From Macrostomum lignano (taxonomy: Eukaryota), in NCBI GenBank assembly GCA_002269645.1, contig NIVC01000346.1:1-64000 (forward strand): a stretch of DNA of 64,000 nucleotides, read 5' to 3'. The notes under the pieces were generated by a model, which was not told the DNA's origin, searched no databases, and saw only the letters and a program-made list of their open reading frames with translations. A program made the position numbers and the translations under genes. Positions 41,776 to 58,900 of the stretch are shown here, piece after piece. The number at the start of each line of letters is the position of its first letter. Positions within the stretch are counted from its first letter, which is position 1.

Positions 41776-42736
41776 TTTGCCCAGTCTATTAGCTAGATTA
41801 TTATCTCAATTCTAAGCCTATCAGTGTGTGCTGCCAGTGGCACAAATTTATGAGAAAAAATAGCCAATCTTAGATGGAAACTGAAAAACTGCAAGTGATA
41901 AAAAAGTAGGATTTAATATGTATGAATATAAATCTCTTTTATTTATTACTTTACTTTACATACATAAATTGGGTTATTGTATTTTTGAATAAAATTTGTC
42001 CATTTTCATTAGTTTAATAAATTAGTTATTAGCAAAATTAACATTACTTTTTAGCATTCTTACAAATAAACAAAAAATGTAATTTCGCTTGTAAACTTGA
42101 CCAGTTTGTTGCAAAAACTTTTTGTCGTTTTGAATTTTTATTAATTTATTTGTGCTTCATTTCTTTTCCTTTTCTTATCTTCTTGTAGTATTTTTGGTCA
42201 TACTGTTTGCCTTCTAAATTTTTGCAACTTGTATTAGCTGGTGGCCTCTTTATTTAGCTGTAGGGCTAGGTTTTGCATGTATATTTATGCAAATTATAGC
42301 CTAATAACCCTGAATTATCTTATATTAATTGAAATTTTATAAGCTAGATATTTATAAATTTATTGCAATGTATGAAATAGTTTTTATGCTAAGTTTACAG
42401 CAATTATAAAGTTAAATATCTATTGTCATTGTTCACTTAATAGTAAAAGACATAAAAGCAATGTACTTTTTAAAAAATTGTCAAAAATTTTAAATTTAAT
42501 CTCCTTTTAGTGCTTCTATTTACTGTAGTTTTAAAAATGCTAGCTTTATCAAAGTTCAGTGTTAGCATTTCAATAACTTATTAGAGTCTAATAGAAAACT
42601 TTATTTTAATTTCCCAAATTTTACATATCTTTGTTAAAATATTGTCAGTCTTTGGACTGAAGATGCTAGCTATTATTAGTATATAACTAACAAGTTTTCT
42701 TTCAAATCACTTTAATAGATAATATTTGAATAAATA

Positions 42737-43442
42737 TGAAGGCTGTCTCAAAAGTAGTGTTACTTTTCATTATATCCCTCATTCTAATAATCCAAAAACA
42801 TACTTTTGCACAAATTTATAGCAGCAATTCTCTTCTTTATATTAACTTTAACATCTTTAAAATCAGACAAGGGAAACAAAAGTTATGAACTAAAATATAA
42901 CAGGAATTTGACCCATAGACCTATAGTCAGTTAACAAGCTAGCAAAACTTTAAACTAGAAGCTGATAAATGGGTAACTGGCTGCAGTAAATATGTAAAAT
43001 GATTGCAATAAATGACTAAATTAGACCCATGAGTCAATGAAATTTTGTGCATAAATCTCGGCTGCATTGTGCCCTATCCTCCAAAAGGTGCAAATCATAC
43101 TCTCTTGAGCAACACTTGAATATACATTCATGATTTTTTGGCACCGCAAAAAGAGAGAACAAAAAGCAATGAAGCCAAAGCCCAGTGAGAAATATTCTGC
43201 TACTATAAAAGTTTATGTTTCTCCAAGTTTTATCCATAGATATCTGTTTATCAAAGCAGCCTAACAAAGAAGTCTGAGTGCATTCAATCAAAGTACTTGA
43301 GAAGAACTTTCTTTTTAAGAAGTACTGAAAAAGAAACATTAAGAAGAAAGTTTGACACTTAAATTTATACAAAATGATGTTATTTCAATTATCAGAACAA
43401 GAGATATAATGAAAAGTAACACTACTTTTGGGACAGCTCTTG
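42737..43442. mobile_element. Non-autonomous Tc1/mariner-type element (MITE), ~706 bp
   Basis: ~60-bp imperfect TIRs (TGAAGGCTGTCTCAAAAGTAGTGTTACTTTTCATTATATC / reverse complement CAAGAGCTGTCCCAAAAGTAGTGTTACTTTTCATTATATC), flanked by TA on both sides. Confidence 0.8.
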
Positions 43443-44889
43443 TAGTATGTTTGTCATCCTGTTTTATTTCCTTTTTTAATGTTATAGAATTTTTATTAAA
43501 ATATTAAAATATTTATCTATGTATAATAATATTATATATAGATTATATCTTGTAAAAACTTATAATAGGAATAAAAACAATAGATATAGGTAATTTGACA
43601 AAAATCAAACATCTATAGATATTTTTTATGTTTTTTACCTGTCTTATAAAATAGAAGCAACCCTAGCTTGACCATAGTTTCTGTTTTTCTTCCTTAGAGA
43701 TTTAAAGTTTATAATAACCCTAGTAGAAATTTTTTATTTAAATAAAGCACTGACAATTAATAGGGCTAATGGTAGTTATTATGTCTGATTTTTTAAACTT
43801 TTTCGAAGATTTGTATTATTTTTTATTCTTAAAACATTTGTACTGTGACTGCACATAGAATATACAAATTAATAATAGGGCCTAATAATATGCTCTATAG
43901 AGTTTAGTAAGTTATTAAAGTCAATGTTTCACTGGCACTACATGCAAAACTTTACTTTACTTTACAAAATTGCTCTCCGTCAAGTTGCTGAACTTTAAAT
44001 TTAATTGAAATTAACTCTTGTCAAGTCTATAGTCTAGGTCTTTATTGGCTCGCTAGCTGATATGATGTTTATGCTTGTGAAACATGCAATAGCGTTGTAG
44101 GGCAGACAAAAGGAAACGGCATAAAAGATATGAGTACTATATGGAGAGTTAACATAATAACTATCATGATTACTGTGCCACTGTACCTGCTCATTTTTAT
44201 AAGGGTTCTTAATGTTAATCCTAGCTCAGCGCAAATAATATATTATTTATTTTTTCCAGCAAAACTACTGACAGCGGAATTTAAATAGTGCTGTTATTCT
44301 TTTACCGTTTTATGTTTAAACAAAATGCGTTGATTTTTTTGTCTATAAACTAAATCTTTATAAAGCCTGTATGCAAAAAATGTAAAAAAAACTTTATCAA
44401 ATATTTTATTGTAGCAGCTATAAAAGTTAGCTTCTATTAATCAGCATTTCAACCAAGAATTTTAAGTTTTAAGCGAAACACTCGACAGTTAGCTTGATCT
44501 TCTCGTTCTCGTTACGAGTCTTGCGACCGACCGTGTTGTTAATCGATTTTATTTGCTAAGAGTCTAAGATATGATTGACTATTTACTCTTTTAACTCTCC
44601 GTTCATTTGGTTTGGATCTTAGGGATGATTATAAAAATTTAAATAAAAAAGTAAAATATGATTTGGACCAGTTTTAAATATTCTAGTCTAGTAGTATGGA
44701 AGTTTACCACTTTTCGTTAGTAGGTTTGCATTTAGCAGTTTGGTTTTTTGGTACTATGTCTACTGATAAAGATAATTTTATACATAATCTGGCTATGTTG
44801 ATTATAATGCTTTCTGTGGCTTTTAATTTAAATATAATTTAATTTTAGAAGCTAACTTTATTAAATATGACATGATGGCGATGCTAATA

Positions 44890-45320
44890 GGTTCCAAGAC
44901 ATTTTGTCAACCAGCATTTCTTCAACTGGCATTTTGTCAACCAGACATTATGGCAACCAGACATTTGGTTCAAGCCAAAATTAGGTGCCTTATTCATCTG
45001 TCATATTAGGCCCTAGCTGTTAATATTAAAATATTTAAATTTAAGTTTTAGGCCTTTCATAGGCCTAGAAAATATTGAAACTATATACATGGTATTCAGG
45101 TACCATATACTACCATTGTACGAGTATGAGTATTGCAATACCATTGGGGACCAAAGGTTTCTACAAAATTTATTTTCAAGAAGTATTACACAAATTAGAA
45201 ATTACCACTTCTCACATTCTCTGAGCTCTGGCTGGTGCAGCTATAATAATTGGCTACAATTTGCTAAGTTGCCATAATGTCTAGTTGATAAAATGTTGGT
45301 TGATGAAATGTCTAGTCACC
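44890..45320. mobile_element. MITE, 431 bp, GG...CC termini, ~8-bp TSD
   Basis: TIRs of ~55-70 bp built from ACATTTTGTCAAC-like subrepeats ending in AGACATTATGGCAAC; flanks TGCTAATA (44882-44889) and TGCTAATG (45321-45328). Confidence 0.75.
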
Positions 45321-46299
45321 TGCTAATGCTAATGGGTACTTAGCAAATGAGTACCCATTGGGTAGGCCTATCTAGCATAGCATAAAAGAGAGGGTTTCTG
45401 GCATAATTTAGACTTTGGCTATAATTGGTCTAATAAATAGGTTTAATACAATAATAAATAATAGCAGTGATTATTGTTACAGTGACTATATAAATAGCAA
45501 AATGGTTATTTTTATGGTCAATATATAAGATATTATCTAGGCTATATATGAGGCCTAAGCTACAATCAGGAAGGTGGCCTAGATTTCACATAAAATTGTG
45601 GTAAACACAAAGGAATTTTCTGGCATATATGACATATGGCATACCACATTTGGTGCACTGTCTATATAGTATAGTCCATAGCAAAGTACTAAAGTATCTC
45701 ATATTTTACTTAAAATGAAGAGTTTGGTTTTTAAAATTGTGACCTATCCCGACATTCCTCTTCTAATTTAATTATCAACCTTGAACAAATATTATCAATC
45801 AATCAAACACAATCAATCTTCAACTATTTTGACACAGTCGTATAAAATTTTGAGTCTCAAAGTTAATCCTGAATGGCACTATGCACTTTTAAAGTTAGTC
45901 TGTTTTTTTCAGCAAGGCAGCCACCCCAACCTCCCCACCTGCCTCTCTTTCCCAATCTGGGCAAAGGGTAAATAGGTTTTAAAATGACTAACTTTTTGGC
46001 TGTCAAAAGTTAGCTCCACGTGAAGCAATTGGGCCATTCCATATAATTATGGTCATAACATGACAGGCTATTTTTACTTATAAAATGAAATCTAATAATA
46101 GAATATACTAAACCAATATTTTGAATAAAGGATTATTTTGTCAAGAATATATTTATATAGTTTCATATAGATATTATCATTAGTATAGATGCTTTTAAAC
46201 CTTGAATGGCACTTATGGTCGTAACAACAGGATTTTTGACACATAGAAACTAAAAGATAAAAGTCTTATAGCATTTTTCGTTTTTGATATTTTGCAATA

Positions 46300-46770
46300 G
46301 ATAAGAAGAGATAAGAGATAAAAGAAAAAGAAGAGAAAGGAAAGATAAGAGAGCAAAGATGAGAGAGAGAAGAGAGGTGAGGAAAGAGACAATAGAAGAG
46401 ATAAGAGGAGAGAGTGGAGAGAAGAGAAGAGAAAGGAGAAAGGAGAGATGAGGGAAGTGTTGAGAGAGGGTAGTGTAATGAGTGAGAAGAGAGGAGAGGG
46501 AAGAGAGAGTAGAAAGCAGAGAGAGGGGAGAGCAGAGAGAAATGAGAAGAGATAAAAGAGGAGAAAAGAGAGATGAGAGAGCAGAGACGAGAGGAAAGGA
46601 GAGAGAAACAAATAGAGGGAAGAGACAAAAGAAGAGGGGACAAAGGAGAGAAGAAAAAAGAGATAAGAGAAGAGACAAGAGACGAGAGAGAAGTGAGAAA
46701 ACAGAAGAGAAGATAGAAGTTTCAAAGGATGCAAGGGACATAGGGAGAGGCAGAGGTAGAGGCCAGAGTT
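46300..46770. repeat. Purine-rich (GA) low-complexity tract
   Basis: Visible. Confidence 0.85.
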
Positions 46771-48033
46771 TTCCTGACATTCTGCGCAGCACCCCAGCCA
46801 ACAGTATCAATGTTTGCCTCAAATCTTAATTTTATACAAATGTACTCTATTTTATGTTTAACTCTATCCTAACTAATAAAAGTTTTTGTTTAAGTTTAAT
46901 CTCAATATATGCAAAAATAGTTCCAGGGATTGGAATTCCTTGGGTTCAAAATCCGCAGGTTTTAACAGCTTGTTTTCAAATAAAATAGCTTTCAATTATA
47001 TATCTATATACTAAAGATCCAGACACATGCCTCGATCTGTGTTCTTTTATAAGTAGGAACTCAATGAGCAACCCTTGTATGTAAAATTTTAGCCAATAAG
47101 ATAATAGCTTGCCTTAAGTCTTTGCATTTGGAACCAAAATGAAAGTTGCCATTTTGAGGATGAAATGGCTTATCAGTTGTCTATCAATCTCTTGCAAATG
47201 AGGGACAGCCAACTAGAGGTTAATTGTAAAGATGAGATTTTACTAATTTCTGCACTTAGTATAATTCTAATCAATACAGGTGCTCATGGTTAAAGTTTAC
47301 ATGAACCTATCATATGTTTTCTAACATTGACTAGCTATCTGAGAGAGAGGGAGAGAGAGAGAGCCATGTTTTGTTTCAGAAATAATGCAATTGACTTTTA
47401 AAGTATAAACACAAATATTTCTAAGCTTTTTAATTCAGTGGGTTCAAAATCTATGCATTTATCAACAACTTACATTTGTATATTTATAAATCACAAGGTA
47501 AGCCTTTCATTTAAGGATCTTTTATAACATTTCACATGTAATTAAAATAACAACAAGGCACTAAGGCATTTCTTGTCTATTTTCTATTGGCTCTTCTTAA
47601 TTTCAAAGCCATAATAAAGAAAAATGTCATGCAAAATAACTAGAAGGAAAGTCAATCATTTTAGTATCTAGGCCTAACAAATCAAATAGTAATTAATTGT
47701 TTGTTAATATATTTTTTCATTAATCTTTGTTCTAAAATTACATTTTAAAACTAATTTATTAGTCTAGCCTTGCATTTTTATATTCATTTGTTAAGTTAGC
47801 ATCTGATAATGAAATTTTCTGCTACATTTTTCAAGAATTCTATAGACTATAATAAGTGTTGTATGGAGACTATGTCAAATTTCTTATTAAACTCTTATGC
47901 TATATATTACAAATAATTAAAACTTTAACTTTCATGCCAACTCTGAACTTGGTGTCAACTATCTTCTGCATAATCTAATCTTGAAAAGGCTGTTGGAACA
48001 CACTATTTTAGTATTTATAGTTGTTCGATATAA

Positions 48034-51240
<3,207 letters not shown>

Positions 51241-51292
51241 GTGAGTTGTTATGTTTGCTTCTGGCCTCAGTTTCTAGGATAGCCCCCATTCT

Positions 51293-52914
<1,622 letters not shown>

Positions 52915-55900
52915 ACTGTTCTACTGTCTGTGTGTTTACGTGGACTTTTTGGAAGTTCAGTAGCCTCGTTAGCTGGACCACCCGGTGTAGGTAGACCACT
53001 TAAGTGGACCACCAAATAATTTTGTCTCTGGTGGGGTTAAGACGTTGATGAGGATCTCACATTAATGTCAGGCGGGTCAAGAAAGGCTTAAGCAATTTTG
53101 GAATTTCTAGCATGGTTTTTTCCAAAGTTATTTGCATTTCAGTTTAGCTGGACCTCCAGCCTGGTCTACCTAAACCGAGCGAGTCTGGTCCACGTAAACC
53201 GAAAAATTTTAGAAAATTTTTCGAAAATCGTCTGTTTGTGTCTGTTTGTGTCTGTTTGTGTCTGTTTGTGTATAGCAGTTATTAAGCATAGATTCAATGC
53301 AAAACTGAATTTTTTACAGATCATTACCTTACGAACAAAGGGCTATGTTAGCATCATATTATGACCGCTACTGGCTTTAAAACAATATGCGTTCAGTTCT
53401 TTGACATTCAAGTAGGTACGCAGGTTAATTTAAAATTCTGAAACCTCGTATGCGAAATGAATTTGATACAGTAAACTTTAAACTCCATTTAATTAGCTCA
53501 ATTCCAGCAATTCCGGTATCGTACTCTGAGCACAGACTCACAGAGTAAGACACCAACGTAAAGAAATCCAATTCGCTCCTTGATAGCCAAGGAGTCCTTG
53601 ATAGCCACACTGTGCAAATGCGAATTTCTGAGGCTCTACCATTACACAAGAAGAAAATAGCAACTTCATGAATTAAGTGCTTGCCAATTCTATCCTAAAC
53701 ACTATGGGATATCCTGTTCTATCCTCCTCCAATGTTGGAAGAAGAAGATCCTAAGCTGCAGCCTTTCAAGTGCAAAGTCGAAGATGCAATTTACCTAATT
53801 GAAAAGGACCATTCATACATGTACATGCAAAAAATTTGATCAAGAGGACGCAATTAAGAAGGGCCTTTTAGCTAGTGATCGGGTCTCTGACTCTCTAGCA
53901 AAAGGTCGACTTGATTGCGGTCCCAGTAAAACTAAGAACGCATTAACAGTCAGCCTAATACTCACTGTCTGTTTGGTCCACGTAAACACATGTGCAGGAG
54001 TATAGGGTTGGAACAGACAGACAGACAGACCTCCCTTTCTATAATTGGCTGGTTAACACTTAAAAGGATAGATCCACCCCAACAATGGGACCGACCGCAG
54101 CCAATAGGAAACCCGCAAGCGTTCTGAAGGTAAGACAGTGGAGAGAGGGATATATAATGTCTAAGCGGGTGGTCCACGTAAACCATGGCGTAGTGAGACC
54201 AGACACAGACAGTTTAAAAGAAAGTACTTATAATCCATACTAAACAACTCTAAAGGATTGCAATTGTATAAATTAGAACTGATTTTATTTATACTTATTA
54301 GGTCTAATGTTAATCCTTACTCCAAGTTTCATCCATATATAAATTTATTGTGCCTAAAACTGTAATCTATAAACAAGATATGATGACCCGCAAAAAAGGA
54401 CGCCAAGCCTACGATAAAAACTAAAAAAACAACGTCGCAAAAAGCTACTGCGAAATCGAAGAAGCCGCATCGCCTGGTGAAAATCATCAGTCTGCTCGCA
54501 AATCCGTCGACACCGAGACCAAAAAAGTGAGTTTCGTTTGATGATCTCAAAGTAGCTAGCTGCAAGGCCTGCAACTCAATTGCTGTAGAGAAGCTGGTCC
54601 ACCTAACCTACAGACACAACTCGAACAGATTTCTCTGTCTGTTTAGGCTCTGGCTCTCAGAGCCGCCGAGAAAGTTTAGTGCAGAAAATGCTTCAGTTTG
54701 TTAGAATGCAATCAGAACAGATTCCTAGAAAGTGAGCTAGTCCAACATCAAGGCAGAACATCTGGATGTGTAACGAGAGGCTCTCGGAGACTCCTGGCTC
54801 AGATTATCGCCTAGAAGTGCTGTGGAGTAGCTGATCCACCTAACCTACAGACACAACTCGAACAGATTTCTCTGTCTGTTTAGACTCTGGCTCTCAGAGC
54901 CGCCGAGAAAGTTTAGTGCAGAAAATGCTTCAGTTTGTTAGAATGCAATCAGAACAGATTCCTAGAAAGTGAGCTAGTCCAGCATCAAGGCAGAACATCT
55001 GGATGTGTAACGAGAGGCTCTCGGAGACTCCTGGCTGTGATTATCGCCTAGAAGTGCTGTGGAGTAGCTGGTCCACCTAACCTACAGACACAACTCGAAC
55101 AGATTTCTCTGTCTGTTTAGACTCTGGCTCTCAGAGCCGCCGAGAAAGTTTAGTGCAGAAAATGCTTCAGTTTGTTAGAATGCAATCAGAACAGATTCCT
55201 AGAAAGTGAGCTAGTCCAACATCAAGGCAGAACATCTGGATGTGTAACGAGAGGCTCTCGGAGACTCCTGGCTCAGATTATCGCATAGAAGTGCTGTGAA
55301 GTAGCTGATCCACCTAACCTACAGACACAACTCGAACAGATTTCTCTGTCTGTTTAGGCTCTGGCTCTCAGAGCCGCCGAGAAAGTTTAGTGCAGAAAAT
55401 GCTTCAGTTTGTTAGAATGCAATCAGAACAGATTCCTAGAAAGTGAGCTAGTCCAGCATCAAGGCAGAACATCTGGATGTGTAACGAGAGGCTCTCGGAG
55501 ACTCCTGGCTCAGATTATCGCCTAGAAGTGCTGTGGAGTAGCTGGTCCACCTAACCTACAGACACAACTCGAACAGATTTCTCTGTCTGTTTGGGGCTCT
55601 GGCTCTCAGAGCCGCCGAGAAAGTTTAGTGCAGAAAATGCTTCAGTTTGTTAGAATGCAATCAGAACAGATTCCTAGAAAGTGAGCTAGTCCAGCATCAA
55701 GGCAGAACATCTGGATGTGTAACGAGAGGCTCTCGGAGACTCCTGGCTCAGATTATCGCCTAGAAGTGCTGTGGAGTAGCTGGTCCACCTAACCTACAGA
55801 CACAACTCGAACAGATTTCTCTGTCTGTTTGGGGCTCTGGCTCTCAGAGCCGCCGAGAAAGTTTAGTGCAGAAAATGCTTCAGTTTGTTAGAATGCAATC

Positions 55901-58900
55901 AGAACAGATTCCTAGAAAGTGAGCTAGTCCAGCATCAAGGCAGAACATCTGGATGTGTAACGAGAGGCTCTCGGAGACTCCTGGCTCAGATTATCGCCTA
56001 GAAGTGCTGTGGAGTAGCTGGTCCACCTAACCTACAGACACAACTCGAACAGATTTCTCTGTCTGTTTGGGGCTCTGGCTCTCAGAGCCGCCGAGAAAGT
56101 TTAGTGCAGAAAATGCTTCAGTTTGTTAGAATGCAATCAGAACAGATTCCTAGAAAGTGAGCTAGTCCAGCATCAAGGCAGAACATCTGGATGTGTAACG
56201 AGAGGCTCTCGGAGACTCCTGGCTCAGATTATCGCCTAGAAGTGCTGTGGAGTAGCTGATCCACCTAACCTACAGACACAACTCGAACAGATTTCTCTGT
56301 CTGTTTGAGGCTCTGGCTCTTAGGTGGTCCACATAACCTACAAACACAACTGAAGCAACTCTCTCAGTCTGTTTTAGGCTTTTGCTCTCAGAGGGTGGTC
56401 CACCTAATTTACAGACACAACTCGAACAGATTTCTCTGTCTGTTTGAGGCTCTGGCTCTCAGAGCCGCCGAGAAAGTTTAGTGCAGAAAATGCTTCAGTT
56501 TGTTAGAATGCAATCAGAACAGATTCCTAGAAAGTGAGCTAGTCCAGCATCAAGGCAGAACATCTGGATGTGTAACGAGAGGCTCTCGGAGACTCCTGGC
56601 TCAGATTATCGCCTAGAAGTTCTGTGGAGTAGCTGGTCCACCTAACCTACAGACACAACTCGAACAGATTTCTCTGTCTGTTTGGGGCTCTGGCTCTCAG
56701 AGCCGCCGAGAAAGTTTAGTGCAGAAAATGCTTCAGTTTGTTAGAATGCAATCAGAACAGATTCCTAGAAAGTGAGCTAGTCCAGCATCAAGGCAGAACA
56801 TCTGGATGTGTAACGAGAGGCTCTCGGAGATTCCTGGCTCAGATTATCGCCTAGAAGTGCTGTGGAGTAGCTGGTCCACCTAACCTACAGACACAACTCG
56901 AACAGATTTCTCTATCTGTTTGAGGCTCTGGCTCTCAGAGCCGCCGAGAAAGTTTAGTGCAGAAAATGCTTCAGTTTGTTAGAATGCAATCAGAACAGAT
57001 TCCTAGAAAGTGAGCTAGTCCAGCATCAAGGCAGAACATCTGGATGTGTAACGAGAGGCTCTCGGAGACTCCTGGCTCAGATTATCGCCTAGAAGTGCTG
57101 TGGAGTAGCTGGTCCACCTAACCTACAGACACAACTCGAACAGATTTCTCTGTCTGTTTGGGGCTCTGGCTCTCAGAGCCGCCGAGAAAGTTTAGTGCAG
57201 AAAATGCTTCAGTTTGTTAGAATGCAATCAGAACAGATTCCTAGAAAGTGAGCTAGTCCAGCATCAAGGCAGAACATCTGGATGTGTAACGAGAGGCTCT
57301 CGGAGACTCCTGGCTCAGATTATCGCCTAGAAGTGCTGTGGAGTAGCTGATCCACCTAACCTACAGACACAACTCGAACAGATTTCTCTGTCTGTTTAGA
57401 CTCTGGCTCTCAGAGCCGCCGAGAAAGTTTAGTGCAGAAAATGCTTCAGTTTGTTAGAATGCAATCAGAACAGATTCCTAGAAAGTGAGCTAGTCCAGCA
57501 TCAAGGCAGAACATCTGGATGTGTAACGAGAGGCTCTCGGAGACTCCTGGCTGTGATTATCGCCTAGAAGTGCTGTGGAGTAGCTGGTCCACCTAACCTA
57601 CAGACACAACTCGAACAGATTTCTCTGTCTGTTTAGACTCTGGCTCTCAGAGCCGCCGAGAAAGTTTAGTGCAGAAAATGCTTCAGTTTGTTAGAATGCA
57701 ATCAGAACAGATTCCTAGAAAGTGAGCTAGTCCAACATCAAGGCAGAACATCTGGATGTGTAACGAGAGGCTCTCGGAGACTCCTGGCTCAGATTATCGC
57801 ATAGAAGTGCTGTGAAGTAGCTGATCCACCTAACCTACAGACACAACTCGAACAGATTTCTCTGTCTGTTTAGGCTCTGGCTCTCAGAGCCGCCGAGAAA
57901 GTTTAGTGCAGAAAATGCTTCAGTTTGTTAGAATGCAATCAGAACAGATTCCTAGAAAGTGAGCTAGTCCAGCATCAAGGCAGAACATCTGGATGTGTAA
58001 CGAGAGGCTCTCGGAGACTCCTGGCTCAGATTATCGCCTAGAAGTGCTGTGGAGTAGCTGGTCCACCTAACCTACAGACACAACTCGAACAGATTTCTCT
58101 GTCTGTTTGGGGCTCTGGCTCTCAGAGCCGCCGAGAAAGTTTAGTGCAGAAAATGCTTCAGTTTGTTAGAATGCAATCAGAACAGATTCCTAGAAAGTGA
58201 GCTAGTCCAGCATCAAGGCAGAACATCTGGATGTGTAACGAGAGGCTCTCGGAGACTCCTGGCTCAGATTATCGCCTAGAAGTGCTGTGGAGTAGCTGGT
58301 CCACCTAACCTACAGACACAACTCGAACAGATTTCTCTGTCTGTTTGGGGCTCTGGCTCTCAGAGCCGCCGAGAAAGTTTAGTGCAGAAAATGCTTCAGT
58401 TTGTTAGAATGCAATCAGAACAGATTCCTAGAAAGTGAGCTAGTCCAGCATCAAGGCAGAACATCTGGATGTGTAACGAGAGGCTCTCGGAGACTCCTGG
58501 CTCAGATTATCGCCTAGAAGTGCTGTGGAGTAGCTGGTCCACCTAACCTACAGACACAACTCGAACAGATTTCTCTGTCTGTTTGGGGCTCTGGCTCTCA
58601 GAGCCGCCGAGAAAGTTTAGTGCAGAAAATGCTTCAGTTTGTTAGAATGCAATCAGAACAGATTCCTAGAAAGTGAGCTAGTCCAGCATCAAGGCAGAAC
58701 ATCTGGATGTGTAACGAGAGGCTCTCGGAGACTCCTGGCTCAGATTATCGCCTAGAAGTGCTGTGGAGTAGCTGATCCACCTAACCTACAGACACAACTC
58801 GAACAGATTTCTCTGTCTGTTTGAGGCTCTGGCTCTTAGGTGGTCCACATAACCTACAAACACAACTGAAGCAACTCTCTCAGTCTGTTTTAGGCTTTTG

